The translations under genes and the position numbers were made by a program. 64,000 bases of DNA, from NCBI RefSeq assembly GCF_006345805.1, contig NC_042998.1, positions 145,514,001-145,578,000 on the forward strand, in the 5' to 3' direction. Positions 1-13,624 of the stretch are shown here, piece by piece. The stretch is from Octopus sinensis (taxonomy: Eukaryota). Positions within the stretch are counted from its first letter, which is position 1, and each line of letters begins with the position of its first letter. Under the pieces are notes generated by a model. That model did no database searches, had not been told where the DNA came from, and worked only from the letters and a program-made list of their open reading frames with translations.

Positions 1-328
1 CAGACGTCCGTGAGATCATACGATGAAAGACATTTCTTCTGATTCCTTCTCTCTTTTATTGTGCCATAGTGTATCTCGTAGTACACTGTTAAATGTGTTA
101 CGTATTCAGTTTTTTTTATTGTGATTTGAGGGAGATTCAGTTGTATTTCTTGCTTATCGAGCAACCACGTTGATGTAAAGGTATTTTCATAGAAAACGGT
201 TAGGAGTGTGATGTGATGTTGTGACTGTTATGCGTTTTCCATGTGCATTAATGACGTAAGGGATTTGTTTCCATTATAATGAGCTCACAGTTGAAACTGA
301 GTTTGGAGATTTATGTTGGTGAAATCCT

Positions 329-558
329 GCCGCCGCCGCCGCAGCCGCCACCGCTACCACCGCCATCACCACCAACCACCACACCAACATCACCGCCATC
401 ACCACTATTACCACCACACCGCCATCAGCACCATCACCACTATTACCACCACCACTAACAACAACAACAATAACACTGCCGCCGCGGCCGCCGCCACGGC
501 CGCCGCCACCATCGCTACTACCACCACCTCAACAACAACAACAACAGCAACAGCAACA
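329..558. repeat. Compound trinucleotide microsatellite (GCC/CAC/CAT/AAC/ACA)
   Basis: Directly visible runs; explains the low-complexity ORFs 313..561 and 408..596. Confidence 0.9.
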
Positions 559-911
559 TGACGAGAGTTCTTCAGTGATATATAATTATGATACATGACT
601 ATTATTCATTGTGGGTTGCGTGTTTTCAAAGGTTTCAGTCAAAGGCGTACAACCCTAATCTTGGTCATAAGATTTATCATATGATTTATCATAAAACCCC
701 CCAAAAGTAGATGCATTAAAGAACTAAAATCGTTCTGCAAAGAAGGATATCTGCTTTTGGGAAAGTCCCGAGCATGTGAACCTTCTCCAGCACTCCCTAT
801 ACGAGCTGGGCGAGCTCATACCCTTCCCTGCCGCCTTTAAGTAGATTACTGGAACCTCGGATATTATGACTAGATTTTGGATGAATATTGGAGAGGTTTC
901 CTGTTCGCTAA

Positions 912-1094
912 ATGCGGCTTGCGTGGCACCTTGGGCAAATGTCAACTACTCGGGCTGACCAAAGCCTTGTGAGTGGATTTGGTACACGGAAACTGAGGGA
1001 AGCCGGTCGTATGTATGTATGTATGTATGTATGTATGTATGTATGTATGTATGTATGTATGTATGTATGTGTGTGCGTGTCTCTGTGTGTGTGT
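912..1094 (+). mobile_element. SINE family A, 5' half plus internal (TATG)n
   Basis: gcgtggcaccttgggcaa...gctgaccaaagccttgtgagtggatttggtacacggaaactgagggaagcc matches the 5' half of the complete copy at 5925-6394. Confidence 0.8.
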
Positions 1095-1380
1095 GGAGTC
1101 GCAATGGCCCAGTGGTTAGGGCAGCGGACTCGCGGTTTCGATTCCCAGACAGGACGTTGTGAGTGTTTATTGAGCGAAAACACCTAAAGCTCCACGAGGC
1201 TCCGGCAGGGGGTGGTGGCAATCCCTGGTGTACTCTTTCGCCACAACTTTCTCTCACTCATTCTTCTGTTGGCCTGCTCACTTAACCAGCGGGGTGACGT
1301 CATTTGAAGGCTAAAACAATGCGAAGCGCATTGTTACTAGCGATGTGTAGCAACATCTGATAGCCTGGTCGGTCACAGTG
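1095..1380 (+). mobile_element. tRNA-derived SINE (family D) inserted in a microsatellite
   Basis: Pol III A box TGGCCCAGTGG (1105-1115) and B box GGTTTCGATTCCC (1134-1146), followed by a non-tRNA body; flanked by TG/TATG repeats. Confidence 0.75.
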
Positions 1381-1381
1381 A

Positions 1382-1417
<36 letters not shown>

Positions 1418-3339
1418 TGTATGTATGTATGTATGTATGTATGTGTGTGTGTATGTATGTATGTATGTATGTATGTATGTATGTATGTATACCAGTGGCG
1501 ACTCCGGCACTCGAGTTGTTCGGGCTTAGCCCAAGTATAAATTTAGTCAAGTGAACGTGTATTTGCAAGCTGATTTAATTTCTACCAACACTGACTTCAA
1601 GAATGTAATTGCAGCCAATAACTTGGGCTCCTTTTATTGAGCCTGGTCGAGGTTCATTCATTTTCGTTCAGCGTCTAGCGGTGTCTTAGAAGTGCCCTGT
1701 ATCAAAAAATATTCGTAGCAGTCGTTCTCTCGACATCGGTTACACACGCCTGACTCGGCTCAGATGTTACAGGCCGAGCTATTATCTATAATCGTAGTTT
1801 TCTTGAAACAATAAATTTCTATAGAGATTAGTATTTAAATTCCAGTCTATGTAAAGTTTACGTTCTATAATATTCTTAAAGGAACGAAAATTTATCCAGC
1901 ACATCGGGCTAATACGAGAGGTTGAGAAATATGTCTTACTGCATATAGTTACTATTTGATAAAAACAGGTAATGGGTCCTGCGCCACTTACTACGATGTG
2001 TATTTTAGTTGTCACATCAACTAAACTACCTCTTCATTAGCGTGTAAGTAGTTGAATACTCCACAGATATATGTACTTTTGGCACGTACCATCTCAAAAC
2101 ATTGGCATATTGGTCAATCGCCTGGGAAGCGTAATATACCTAGAAGCCAAGTATTAATCTGTGTACGCTATTGTTTGCTGTCAGTAAATATAGGGAGCAC
2201 CTATTGTAAGGGGAGCACATAGTGTAAAAGCAGATTTTGACCTTATGCCAGCAGAATCAGCATAATGGAATGTAATACTGCCAATCCATTAAATTACCGA
2301 TTTGATTCATCCGACAGGATGGTAGAAAATACCTGTTCAGCCAGTTTTTTATTCACACGGACGGAAAAGATCCAAGCTGTAATAGAAGATATTTCCTCTT
2401 GATATCACGCAGTAAGATCGAACCCAGAACCTTAGTTTTGCAGAAGCGTGTTTCTTAACCACTCGTCTATGCATCCGACACTGGTCAGTACCAGAATTTT
2501 TAATGATAACAGTAAAAAGACAATCAAATAAGAATACGCGATTATTCACAGAGACAGGAAATGGTTGAAACGGAAACCACAAATATATATTTTCTGTCAT
2601 TCATATTTTCTGTTGCACACACAGATACAGTCACACACAAACACAGACAAAAACACACATACACACAAACGCACGCATACACACAAACGCACACATACAT
2701 AGGCACATACACACACTGGTACATACATATCAGCACACACACACATACAAACACATACGCACACACACAAGCATACACGCACTCACACACACGCACGCAC
2801 ACAAACACACGCACACGCTGTCACACTCATACTCAAACAGAAACGCATAGGGACACCTACACGCACATAAACACATACATAGACGCAGATACAGATATTC
2901 ACATACACATAAATATACGCATTCGCGTAAACACACACACATACACTGCTATATACATAGACACACGTGCCTCTACAATCTCAGACACACGTATACCACA
3001 TACATACATGCACACACATATACACAGACACGCACATACACGCGCGCGTGTACACACACACACATACACAAACACATACTAAACCCAAAATATCTCTGTG
3101 CTTCGCCGGATTTCGTATTCAGTTGATTCAGGATTACGAAGACGTCATTGCAGTGGCGGATGTCGAGATTCTAAGAACAGAAACGAAATGAAAAATTACC
3201 AACATGAAAAACGGTAATAACAAGTTCTGATATAGGTACAAGACCAGCAATTTTGATGGTGAATTATAGTCGATACCATCGATCCCAATACTTTACCTTA
3301 TCGACCCTGGAGGAAAGAAAGATCAATTGCAAGAATAAC

Positions 3340-3960
3340 AAAATGATCTAATGTTTACGGCGTTTGTTAAGATCTCTGCTGTATCTCTATTACGATTGTA
3401 AGTGCATCCAATTCAACCGCTTGCTTTCAATCAGTCGTGAATACGGTTCCAAAATCTTTAAACTTCTCCACTTGTCTCAGTAATGTTCCACTAACTTTGC
3501 TATCTTCAATTCGATTTTCGTGCTTATCCTCTTCTATGGTTATGAATGTTAGGTATTGACCGAAAGAGTAAGATCATGTATTCAAGCGACCTAAGTGGCA
3601 TTCCTCAAAAGTAGGAATGCCATTCTGGAGTAACGTTACTCGATAGTGCGTGCATAATTCAGAGGTCAGGCAGTTTCTCCATATTGAGCTGCTACTTCTT
3701 TACATTGAATATTACGGATATGTGATTACGGATATCTGATTACAATGTCGAAGAAATGAATAACAAGACTGATTTTTCAAACCAAGTCAACTGGCAAGAG
3801 ACCTAAGGTCAGACCGAAAAAGAAACAGTTGGATAATATCCATAGTCTCAGTTCGGAATCAAACTAGAAAGTCGTAACGGTTGCTTCTGATAGGACCCTA
3901 TGGAAACGATTTCACAGGATTCTAACCCCACCCCCACCCCGAGGAATAGTGGGTGGAGAA
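3340..3960 (+). mobile_element. Decayed RTE-clade LINE 3' remnant with inverted 5' segment
   Basis: Plus strand 3793-3840 encodes GKRPKVRPKKKQLDNI (RTE GxRxRGRPxxxWxD motif), then ASDRTLWK. Minus strand ~3385-3505 encodes VSGTLLRQVEKFKDFGTVFTTD*KQAVELDA (late RT, VEKFKYLG-like). Confidence 0.65.
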
Positions 3961-4084
3961 GATGGATGGGTGGATTAGCTATGTTCAGTCTATGAGGAAC
4001 AGTCGCTCAATATGCTAGATATAACGATCGAATCTTACCCAAATTAGACATTACAATGTCGTCACTTATACTTGATGACGAGAC

Positions 4085-4365
4085 GGTCGCCGATTGATAT
4101 TGTATGGAGTTGTGTAGTTTGGTGTGCGTTGTATGATGCTATATGTTGATGTAGTATGATATAGTATAATGGTGTTGTATGAGGGTGTTGCACGCTGTGT
4201 TTTATGATAGTTTTGTATGATGACAATGCATGATAGTGGTGTATGATGCTGTATGATGGTGTTGTATGATGGGAATATTATGTAGTAGTATTGCATGATG
4301 GTATTAAATAGTATTACTTAATGATGTTGTATGATGGTGCTGGGTGTATGACTGAGTTGTATTAA
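4085..4365. repeat. Degenerate minisatellite, unit ~TGTTGTATGATGG
   Basis: Recurrent gtatgat/tgtatga motif spaced about 10-15 bp apart. Confidence 0.7.
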
Positions 4366-5039
4366 AGTTGTTGCTGTTTTATGTAAAACCATTTCTTTCG
4401 ATATATAAGTTCGAGATATTTGGAAATAACTACCGCATCACAAGCGTCCTTCTCTACGTAACTAAAACTAACAACAGAAACAATAACTATTTTTCAGCAA
4501 GCGGCCCCCAACCTAGATGTATTTCACCAATTTATACTGTGAATCTCTATTCCCTATTAGCTTTGGAGGGAGCTCAATTTCACGTTATCTCTGCTTATAA
4601 CATCAATGCACTCAATTTGAATTTCATCGTAAAATGTCTGAAAGGAGGTAAAATTGCAAAAACGATAAACAACAGTTACAGAGGAAAAATAGAGATACAA
4701 TAGAAATAAACCCATAAAATACTACGATAAAAATATTTTTCGTGTAAATTCAAATAAAATTGGAAAAGGATTAAAATAAATATGGGGCAAAAGAAAAAAC
4801 AACAAATGAATTTATCTGACAACCCAGTAGTCGAGTGGTTTTCGTCCTCAATTAATTAGGGCTGGTGATGATTGCTGATGAGATCAACAATAACAGCAAC
4901 TTCAAAATCTATATAGAAATCAATAATTGCACTAATACTGCAAAACAGCGCTGATATTACATACAGCAGTTTGATATCACATATCGAAGCTTGATATCAC
5001 ATACAACGGATTTGAAAGATACAAAAGTACGACCTCAAA

Positions 5040-5580
5040 TGTTGATGCTGTTGTATGATGTAATAGCATGCACTTACATGAGAATATTGTATGATTGCAT
5101 TGTTTCATAGAATTACATGATGAAAATTCTATGACTGTGCTGTGTTGTGGCGCTATATTATAGTTTTGTATGACGATGTTTGATGAATGTTATGTGACGA
5201 GTTGTAAGATGAAAGTCTTATGATTGTGTTGTGTGGTAGCGTTGTATGATGGTTTTGTGTGATGGTGTTTTATTACTGTTGTGTGATGGATTGTATGATG
5301 GTGTTGTGTGATGGTGTGGTACAGAAAAGTTGTGTGATTGAATTGTATGATGAAGGCTCCTTGGCTATCTTGCATGGTGGCATTGCATGAGAATTTTGTG
5401 TGATAGTGTTTTAGGATAATGTTGTCTGATGGACTGTATGATAGTGTTGTTTGATGATCTGGTTAGGAAAAGGTTGCGATAATTGTGTTCTTTGATACTA
5501 CTGTATGATAGTAAAGCATGGTGAACTTGTATGACGGTACTGCGTAATACTTTTTGTGTTTTAGGAAGTTTCATGACCAC
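5040..5580. repeat. Degenerate minisatellite, same unit as 4085-4365
   Basis: Recurrent ttgtatgat/gtgtgatgg motifs on the same strand. Confidence 0.7.
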
Positions 5581-5807
5581 ATTATTTAAAATACCTTGCT
5601 TTTCTGTTAGAGAGTAGGGTGTGATTTGAGCGTTAGTTGAGTATTATTTCTAGCATACCGAGCAATCATACAGAAGCACTACACAGCATCAAACCGCCCC
5701 CAATACTTGCTCTTAAGTATTTTACTTGGTTTATCGATACTTTTTAACGAACCTCTAGGTTACATAAGCATACATTTGCTCGAATAGACACACACACACA
5801 CACACAC

Positions 5808-5842
<35 letters not shown>

Positions 5843-5924
5843 GTAGGTGTAAAAGTAGCACACTTGTCACGAAAACATAGAGATGTGGGTTAGAGACCCA
5901 CGCGTACGAAGACCCCTACTCTTT

Positions 5925-6095
5925 AGGCGCAGGAGTGACTGTGTGGTCAGTAGCTTGCTTGCCAACCACATGGTTCCGGGTTCAGTCCCACTGCGTGGAA
6001 TCTTGAGCAAGTGTCTTGTACTGTAGCCTCGGGCCGACCAAAACCTTGTGAGTGGACTTTGTAGACGGTAATTGAAAGAAGCCTGTCATATATAA

Positions 6096-6126
<31 letters not shown>

Positions 6127-6394
6127 TGGGGGTGTGTGTGTGTGTGTGTGTGTGCGTGTGTGTGTGTGTTTGTGTGTGTAAATGCTTGTGAGTCTGTGTT
6201 TGTCCTTCCCATCGTTTGACAACCGATGTTGGTGTGTTCACGTCCCCGTAATTTAGCGGTTCGACAAACGAGATCGATAGAATAAGTACTAGGCTTACAA
6301 AGAATAAGTCCTGGGGTCGATATGTTCGACCAGAGGCGGTGCTCCAGCATGGCCGCAGTCAAATGACTGAAACAAATAATAGAATAAAAGAATA
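5925..6394 (+). mobile_element. SINE family A, near full length (tRNA-like head, internal TA/TG microsatellite, conserved tail)
   Basis: Head aggcgcaggagtgactgtgtgg...ggttcagtcccactgcg; tail ...ggcggtgctccagcatggccgcagtcaaatgactgaaac. Several homologous copies occur in the window. Confidence 0.9.
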
Positions 6395-6739
6395 TATTAT
6401 ATATATATATATATACTTATGTATATTCCTATATACATATGTATGTATTTATGTATATTTGTATGCATGCATGTATGTATTATGTATGTATGTATGTATG
6501 TATGTATGTATGTATGTATGTATGTATGTAGTATGTATGTATGTATGTATACATGTGTGTGCGTGTGTATATATATTTATATATATATACACACACACAC
6601 AAGTTGGAACACCCTTTTCTTTAATTTACCAATATTTTAAACTTCTAAATCAATTTTTTAAATTAATTTTTTTTACCCATTTTTACACATTAGTATATAC
6701 TTACTTTTTATAACGCTCCACTTTCGCATATATGCACAC

Positions 6740-7560
6740 GTCTAAAATAAGGTATTATTAAATACCCACGTTTTTAAACAGATGTGAAGAAATATATATC
6801 CACAAAAATATATAGCCCACAAACACTGGCTCCACAAAGCACAAAGTTTAGAATTCCTACATATTAAACTTACATATTGTTTATAGTCCAAAGAACCCCT
6901 AGAAACACACAGATCAACAAACTTCACACGTACCCACATCCTCTTATGAACATCAAAACACAAGATAAACAAGTTTCTATACTAACACCACCGTGACATG
7001 CCAGACAAATAACCCCACCTTCCAAATACAAAGAGGAAATATCCTAAGTAACAACAACTGAGCAGCCAAAATATGCCACCTACATACATTCATTTGTGAA
7101 CCCTTAAAAAATTCCATTACAGAAACTTGGACACATCCAATTAAATACCAGACTAAACTGAATTTTTGACTAATACATTGTCAAACCAAAGGATTAGATC
7201 CTGTAAAAACAAAGATAACTAAAACTACTGGCACATTCTAGACCTACCGACATCTTTTTTGTGAACCAATAAAAAACCATCCCATGACCTGAAGGGAACT
7301 CACCTAAACATATATACCTGCTTACAAAGTACTACAAACATGAATAAATTCTAAACAATACAACCCCAAATTTAATCAATAAAAAGTTTTCCAAAACACC
7401 TTTCTGCTACAATCCACCCAACAACCTAATTAGAATTCCACTCAGACCTACATATCTAAGGAAAATTTTAACTCGACAGAGACTAAATAAAGCCGAAATT
7501 AACTTCAATGCATCATAGTCGATCGATGGTTTAGCAGGCCGAAACTTCGAAATCACTGTC
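6740..7560 (+). mobile_element. Possible highly decayed Penelope-like fragment
   Basis: A/C-skewed strand like the PLE at 59.9-61.7 kb; weak motifs only (SLEFLHIKL ~ LPFLDI). No continuous ORF. Confidence 0.25.
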
Positions 7561-8239
7561 AATAATATTCTTGTTTAAGCATAAAAAAATATGTACTCTA
7601 TAAAAATATAGAATATCCCATCAGATAAATGTAAAATTGTTTTTATTATAACTGAGCATAAAAACAAGCATCAATGTGTGTGGGGTGTCGGTTTAGTTTC
7701 GGATTTAGAATTTTTATAAAGTATTCTTTTGCCCTTCGTAGTTTGATCATTTCCGTCTTTCATTCTGAAAGAAGGGAATATTTTAAATTTTCCATTTGCA
7801 CAAATGTCTCGATGTTTACGAGATGGAACATTTCAAAGAGAGGAATCTTTAATTTTTTGTTTGTGCACGTTCACACAGTCGGTTAGTTTTGTTCCTGTTT
7901 CCCCAATGTAATTCTCATTGCATTGACATGTGATGCAGTACATGATATTTTTTTCTTTGCTTTGCTATTCATGTTTGCATTCACTTTCAATTCCTTCCCA
8001 TTCTTGAATCTTTTGGTTGTTCCTTGCTCAATTATTTCACATGTCCCACAAAGTGAGTTTCCTCCTCCTCCACACACAAACACACACACATACACACACA
8101 CACAAGCACATACACACATACACACACACACACACATATATATATATGGAGAGAGAGACAGATAGATACTTAAATATGTACTAAGATAAACAAACAATTA
8201 GGCAGGCAGACGTGCAGACAAACCGATAAACAAACAGAT

Positions 8240-8530
<291 letters not shown>

Positions 8531-8730
8531 AATATATATCATTAGATTTTTCAATATTTTCATCAGAACTCCCCATCGCCACAATGAATATTTACGCAAG
8601 CAGTTGCAAAATAAGCTACATTTCACACATATATATGGCAGCATTCACATCCCCTTGCATGCCGACGTACACATTTACATTCACACGCACAAACACACTC
8701 CCTCCACTCTTTCTTCCTCTCTCCTTATAC

Positions 8731-8773
<43 letters not shown>

Positions 8774-8933
8774 TCTCCCCCCTCATCTCGTCTCGGTTAC
8801 TCAATAAGCATTTTATATAAAGCTGGAAAGACAGTTTTGTGTCAGGCAGAAAATACTGTCTCATTTACGCTGTTAGACTTTACAATTATCCTGCCATTTA
8901 ACCGTACCGAATTTCAGTTTAAATCTCTGTTAG

Positions 8934-8934
<1 letters not shown>

Positions 8935-8986
<52 letters not shown>

Positions 8987-9358
8987 TGCGTGTGTGTGTT
9001 TGTGTGTCTGTGTGTGTGTGTGTGTGTGTGCGTGCGTGTGTGTACATGTGCATATGTAAATGTAAATATATGTTGTGTGCATGGATATCGGAGTAGAAGG
9101 CATAAACACATGTATTGCCTATATTTATGTAATTCGTTTTATTGAATTTTTCACGTATTTAAAAATAATTGTCTGTTGTCGGCCCATCTATCTTCCTATC
9201 TACTTATCTCTTTATGTATGCATGTATGTATGTATGTATGTATATTATGTGTATATGCGTGTGATTATATAAGAGATAAGTGCATATCTAGAGATGTATG
9301 AAAATATCTACGAAAACAGATGCATACATGTATATACATACATGTATATATATAGTTG

Positions 9359-9403
<45 letters not shown>

Positions 9404-9615
9404 ATAATTGTATATATGTGTATGTATATATATATATGTGCATATATATACATATACATATATATATAAAACCTGTATAAATGTATATATATGTATATAC
9501 ATATACATACATGTATATATATATATATATACACATATACAAACCATGAATAAACGTATATGTATATATATATACATATATGCATATATATATCCATATA
9601 TGCATATATGCATAT

Positions 9616-9656
<41 letters not shown>

Positions 9657-9789
9657 TATATGTGCATATCTATATACATATACAAAAATACATACACATA
9701 TACACATATATACATGCGTATACATATGCATATACGTATATATATAAATATATATATATAATATATATATTATATATATATATATATGC

Positions 9790-9861
<72 letters not shown>

Positions 9862-10075
9862 CGAGAGAGAGTGAGTGAGTGATACATAGATATATGCACA
9901 TATACATTTGTATGTACACACACAAGCTATATATATATATATATATATGTGTTTATAAATACATGCATACATTTTATATCTAAAAATATATATGCATTTT
10001 ATATATGTATATACGTGTGTGTGTGTGTGTGTGTCTGTCTGTGTCTGTGTGTTTGTGTGTATGTATTTATATATA
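8935..10075. repeat. Long compound TG/TA/TACA/GA microsatellite region
   Basis: Directly visible; source of the many Y/I/H/M-rich ORFs. Confidence 0.95.
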
Positions 10076-10417
10076 ATTTTGTAGTTAACCATACAATTGT
10101 TTCGCTACATTTATCTTATCAAAACAAATTTGACAAGCTAAATTTTGCCAGCGTAATCGTGTGATTGTCAAAGAAATTAAAGTTGGGTATATTTTACTCT
10201 ACCATATAATAGTATTGAGCTCTTTTGTTCTATGCACAGTCACATCCTGTTATATACTCATATATATCGGTATTGTTGCTCAGCTTGTAGAAAACAACGT
10301 GGCATTTCTCATGGTAAGACTTAATACATCTATACAAACAGCTGAGTAAAATGTATGGATTATATTTTTGTTTTGGGTGAGACATCAAGTTTCGCTTTAA
10401 CTAGTCAAACCATCAAA

Positions 10418-10483
<66 letters not shown>

Positions 10484-11129
10484 TACTTCCGGATTCTATA
10501 TAAATATATATATATTTATACATATATATATATATAGAGAGAGAGAGAATAAATGAGCTGTCAATTATCCTTTAGAGCAGAAACAATAATCATTCAACAT
10601 TAGAGGCAATCCTTGCTAGTCCTTTGCATATTACTAAGTAATTTATTCTTGTGAATCCCATAGGATTCAAGGTACTTTAAGTCATTTTGTGTTGTATTGC
10701 TGTTGTTGGAACAGATTGGTAAATGGCTTTCATCTTCATTGATGAGCGTGTATTCAGTCTTTTTTTCATTGGGAAACAAATGACCCTTGGGTACAGCATT
10801 CTCAAGAGATGTTAGCAAACTTTATGGAACACAGTTGATTAGATGTTAGGGAAAGACCATCAGCATAGTCACGATTAGAAAATCTCAGACTCTGCTGACA
10901 TCTTCAACCCCTTTGCTTGCTGGTGAAGCCTTTGTCTTGGAGATAACAGTCACTGTTTTGCCTTAGGATGTTTTGGTTCCGTCATATGATGGAATCAATG
11001 GGAGAGGAAATTCTATTAATTCACAATATCTGATTACATTACGGCGTGATCTGAGTGAGTTTGACTGCAATTTCTCCAAAGTTCATTCTAATTAGTTAAT
11101 ATCCAAAAATAATTGTAGAAACAGATTTA

Positions 11130-11320
11130 TATTTTTGGTACAAGGCTAGCATATTTAGCGGAAGGGGAAATAAGGGAGAACATTTACTCCAGTACTTGAC
11201 TTGTATTTTATCATATCGACCCCGAAACGACGAAAGCAAAGGCAACGTCAAGGAAATTTCAACTCAGAATGGAAAGAGCCAGAAGAAATACTTTAACAGT
11301 TCTGCCAGTTTCACACCTTC
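11130..11320 (-). mobile_element. SINE family B, diverged copy
   Basis: atcgaccccgaaacgacgaaagcaaa...aactcagaa is the reverse complement of the family B core. Confidence 0.65.
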
Positions 11321-11744
11321 CCAAAATTCATTAATAGAAATTACGTAAAATAGTTGCTTTTAGGAATCCAAATCATGTCGAAATTTCGAATGCGACTTAT
11401 ATCTATCCATACAATTCACGCTGTATATGGTATACACGTAATAGAATGGACCGTATTTGAGAATAGGATAGTAGCAGTTGGTTTAAACGTACATTACAAC
11501 TGCATGATGAACGTTATAGATACCTAACAGTTTCCAATAGTTAGGGCTTATGAAATTGCTCTTGAAGAAAACAGATGTGATAAGTATTTTGGAATGTTTA
11601 TGTACATTTGTATAAAAATCATGGAATTTATTGCACGTGGAGTTGACGGAGGAGGGTGAAGAAAGCAAGAGAGAGTGACAGACAGACAGACAGAGACACA
11701 GAAAGATACAGGGACAGAGACACAGAGACAGAAAGACAGAGACA

Positions 11745-11784
<40 letters not shown>

Positions 11785-12318
11785 AACAGAGAGAGACAGA
11801 CAGACAGGAAGTACACAGAATTGCTGGAAGACTACTAAAGAAATAGATAGAGGTACAATTTGGGCTCAGAGGCGTTGTAGGGCTTCAGGTTTTTGGTGCA
11901 GTTGGACGTAAGGTGAAGGTATCGATGAGGCGAACTTGTGTGGCGACAGAATTTAGTTAATGTTGGATAGCACGAAATTAGGTAAGTAACTTTAAAAAGG
12001 TTACTGAGTGGGCCAACTTAATGCAGTCCCAGCCAGCCAGATGGAGAAGTGAAGTATTTAAATGACCGAAACTGCGATGAGATCGAGTAACTATTGATGA
12101 GTCTCCAGTATTCGCAGCGAGGAACATAGCTGTTGATGTTTCATTTAGAGAGAAAAATGACATTTTAAGATGCCGTTAGCAAAAATAGAAGGCGAGAATG
12201 TTTTTTTCTAAATGATTGTGTGTGTTATGTGAATTTGAAGCAGATTTGCATATCAAACAGACAACTTTGAAAACATTGACCGTAATAGTCAGTTAGTTAC
12301 TTAGTCACAATGATGCCA

Positions 12319-12369
<51 letters not shown>

Positions 12370-12699
12370 GTCTGCTATAAAAATGCAGTTATGTAGTGCT
12401 AAGTATTTCAAAATATTCAATATGTTATTTAAAGAACATCATTCAGTCCCATATTGTGTATTACAATGGTATTGATATTATGTGGTATACATTTCTCCTC
12501 AGTGGAAACATCAGGTCCCTGATAACATGGAGATTTGATTGTTTCTCTGTTGTTCTTCCATACTATGATCAAGGTATGGAAGTTGATTGTAAGTGTTCGT
12601 TTGATATTTATTGGGTGTGGTTTGTCTTTCAAAAGAAATTGAAAAGATTGTTGTGTATCTATTTGATGAGGGTGGAGTAACCTGAAAATTCAAACTTAG

Positions 12700-12955
12700 G
12701 TCGGAATGACCACCAAGGCCAGAGGTTGACCATGGCGTGTAAGTGATCGAAATCACCCCACCCCCTTTCTGAACAAGACTCCAGACCGCTGTAAGGTTAA
12801 CTCCCCAGTTATTGCTAGAACTCATTTGCCATTGGGTGAACTGGAGTATCGTGAAATGAAGTGTTTTGGTCAAGAACACGAAAGCACCACCTGACCTAAG
12901 AATCGAAAGTACGATCTTACGTTTGTGAGGGCAACACTCTGACTAGGCCACGCAT
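12700..12955 (-). mobile_element. SINE family C head/core with an alternative tail
   Basis: gggtgaactggagtatcgtgaaatgaagtgttttggtcaagaacac is the family C core (reverse); the tail resembles 28435-28670. Confidence 0.6.
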
Positions 12956-13624
12956 TTGATGTGGAGATATATAATTGTGAGAGCTCAATGGGACTGTCAA
13001 CCTGAAAAAAAGCAGCTTGTAGGCTGCAACTACCGCTGCTGCTACTGCTGCTGTTACTTCTGTAGCTATTGTTACTGTTGCTGCAGTTGTTATGTTGTAA
13101 TTGTTAGGAGTGGAAATATATTCAAACGCCTCGCTCATTTATCGCCAATGGCGTGGAAGGTGTGTCCAAGGTATTTTGGCTTTTTCTCTTTTTGCGGTCA
13201 CGACTTGTTAAGCCTATCTGATCTACATCGATAGTTGACGCGAATGTTTCCTGTCGAAAAAAGAAGGCTTTCTGATATTATATCGGGGATAAGAAAAGGA
13301 ATGAAACAGGGCTTGATATTTCAAAGAATATACATATCCTGTTATACTGTAAGGAGTACAGAGAACAGTGGAATGTCTGCTGTGTAATGCTACAACACAT
13401 CTTGGACCCGTCCCCGTCTACGGAATAGTTATGGCTTTACTAATTTTCTTCAGCATCGAGATCTTAATCTATTGATATGTAAGTCAGAAGATTTGGGTGA
13501 GTGCTTTTTTTTGTGTTTTTGTTTTGATTCCTGAAATTTTAAATATTTCTTAAATCTTACCAACAACGATAATTTTGTTTTATAATTTGCTGGATGAGAG
13601 TTCAATTCCCATTTAAGTGAAAGT

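Noticed and set aside
712-840. CKEGYLLLGKSRAC, resembling an EGF/Sushi fragment
   Set aside because: No convincing splice acceptor or donor, other conserved Cys/Trp residues are missing, and an in-frame stop follows; likely chance.
1095-1150. tRNA-like A and B boxes (also in the heads of SINE families A, B and C)
   Set aside because: No complete cloverleaf, and each continues into a SINE body; not tRNA genes.
1493-1990. CAGTGGCG...CGCCACT ends suggesting a hAT MITE
   Set aside because: Only ~7 bp of TIR match and no 8-bp TSD.
9265-10164. Overlapping Y/I/H/M/C-rich ORFs (also near 2.5-3.1, 17.6, 33.3, 35.4, 40.0 and 58.6 kb)
   Set aside because: TA/CA/TATG/GATA microsatellites lack stop codons in some frames; not coding.
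11830-12280. Possible LINE endonuclease-region remnant on the minus strand (HLAGWD)
   Set aside because: A single weak motif is not enough to assign a family.
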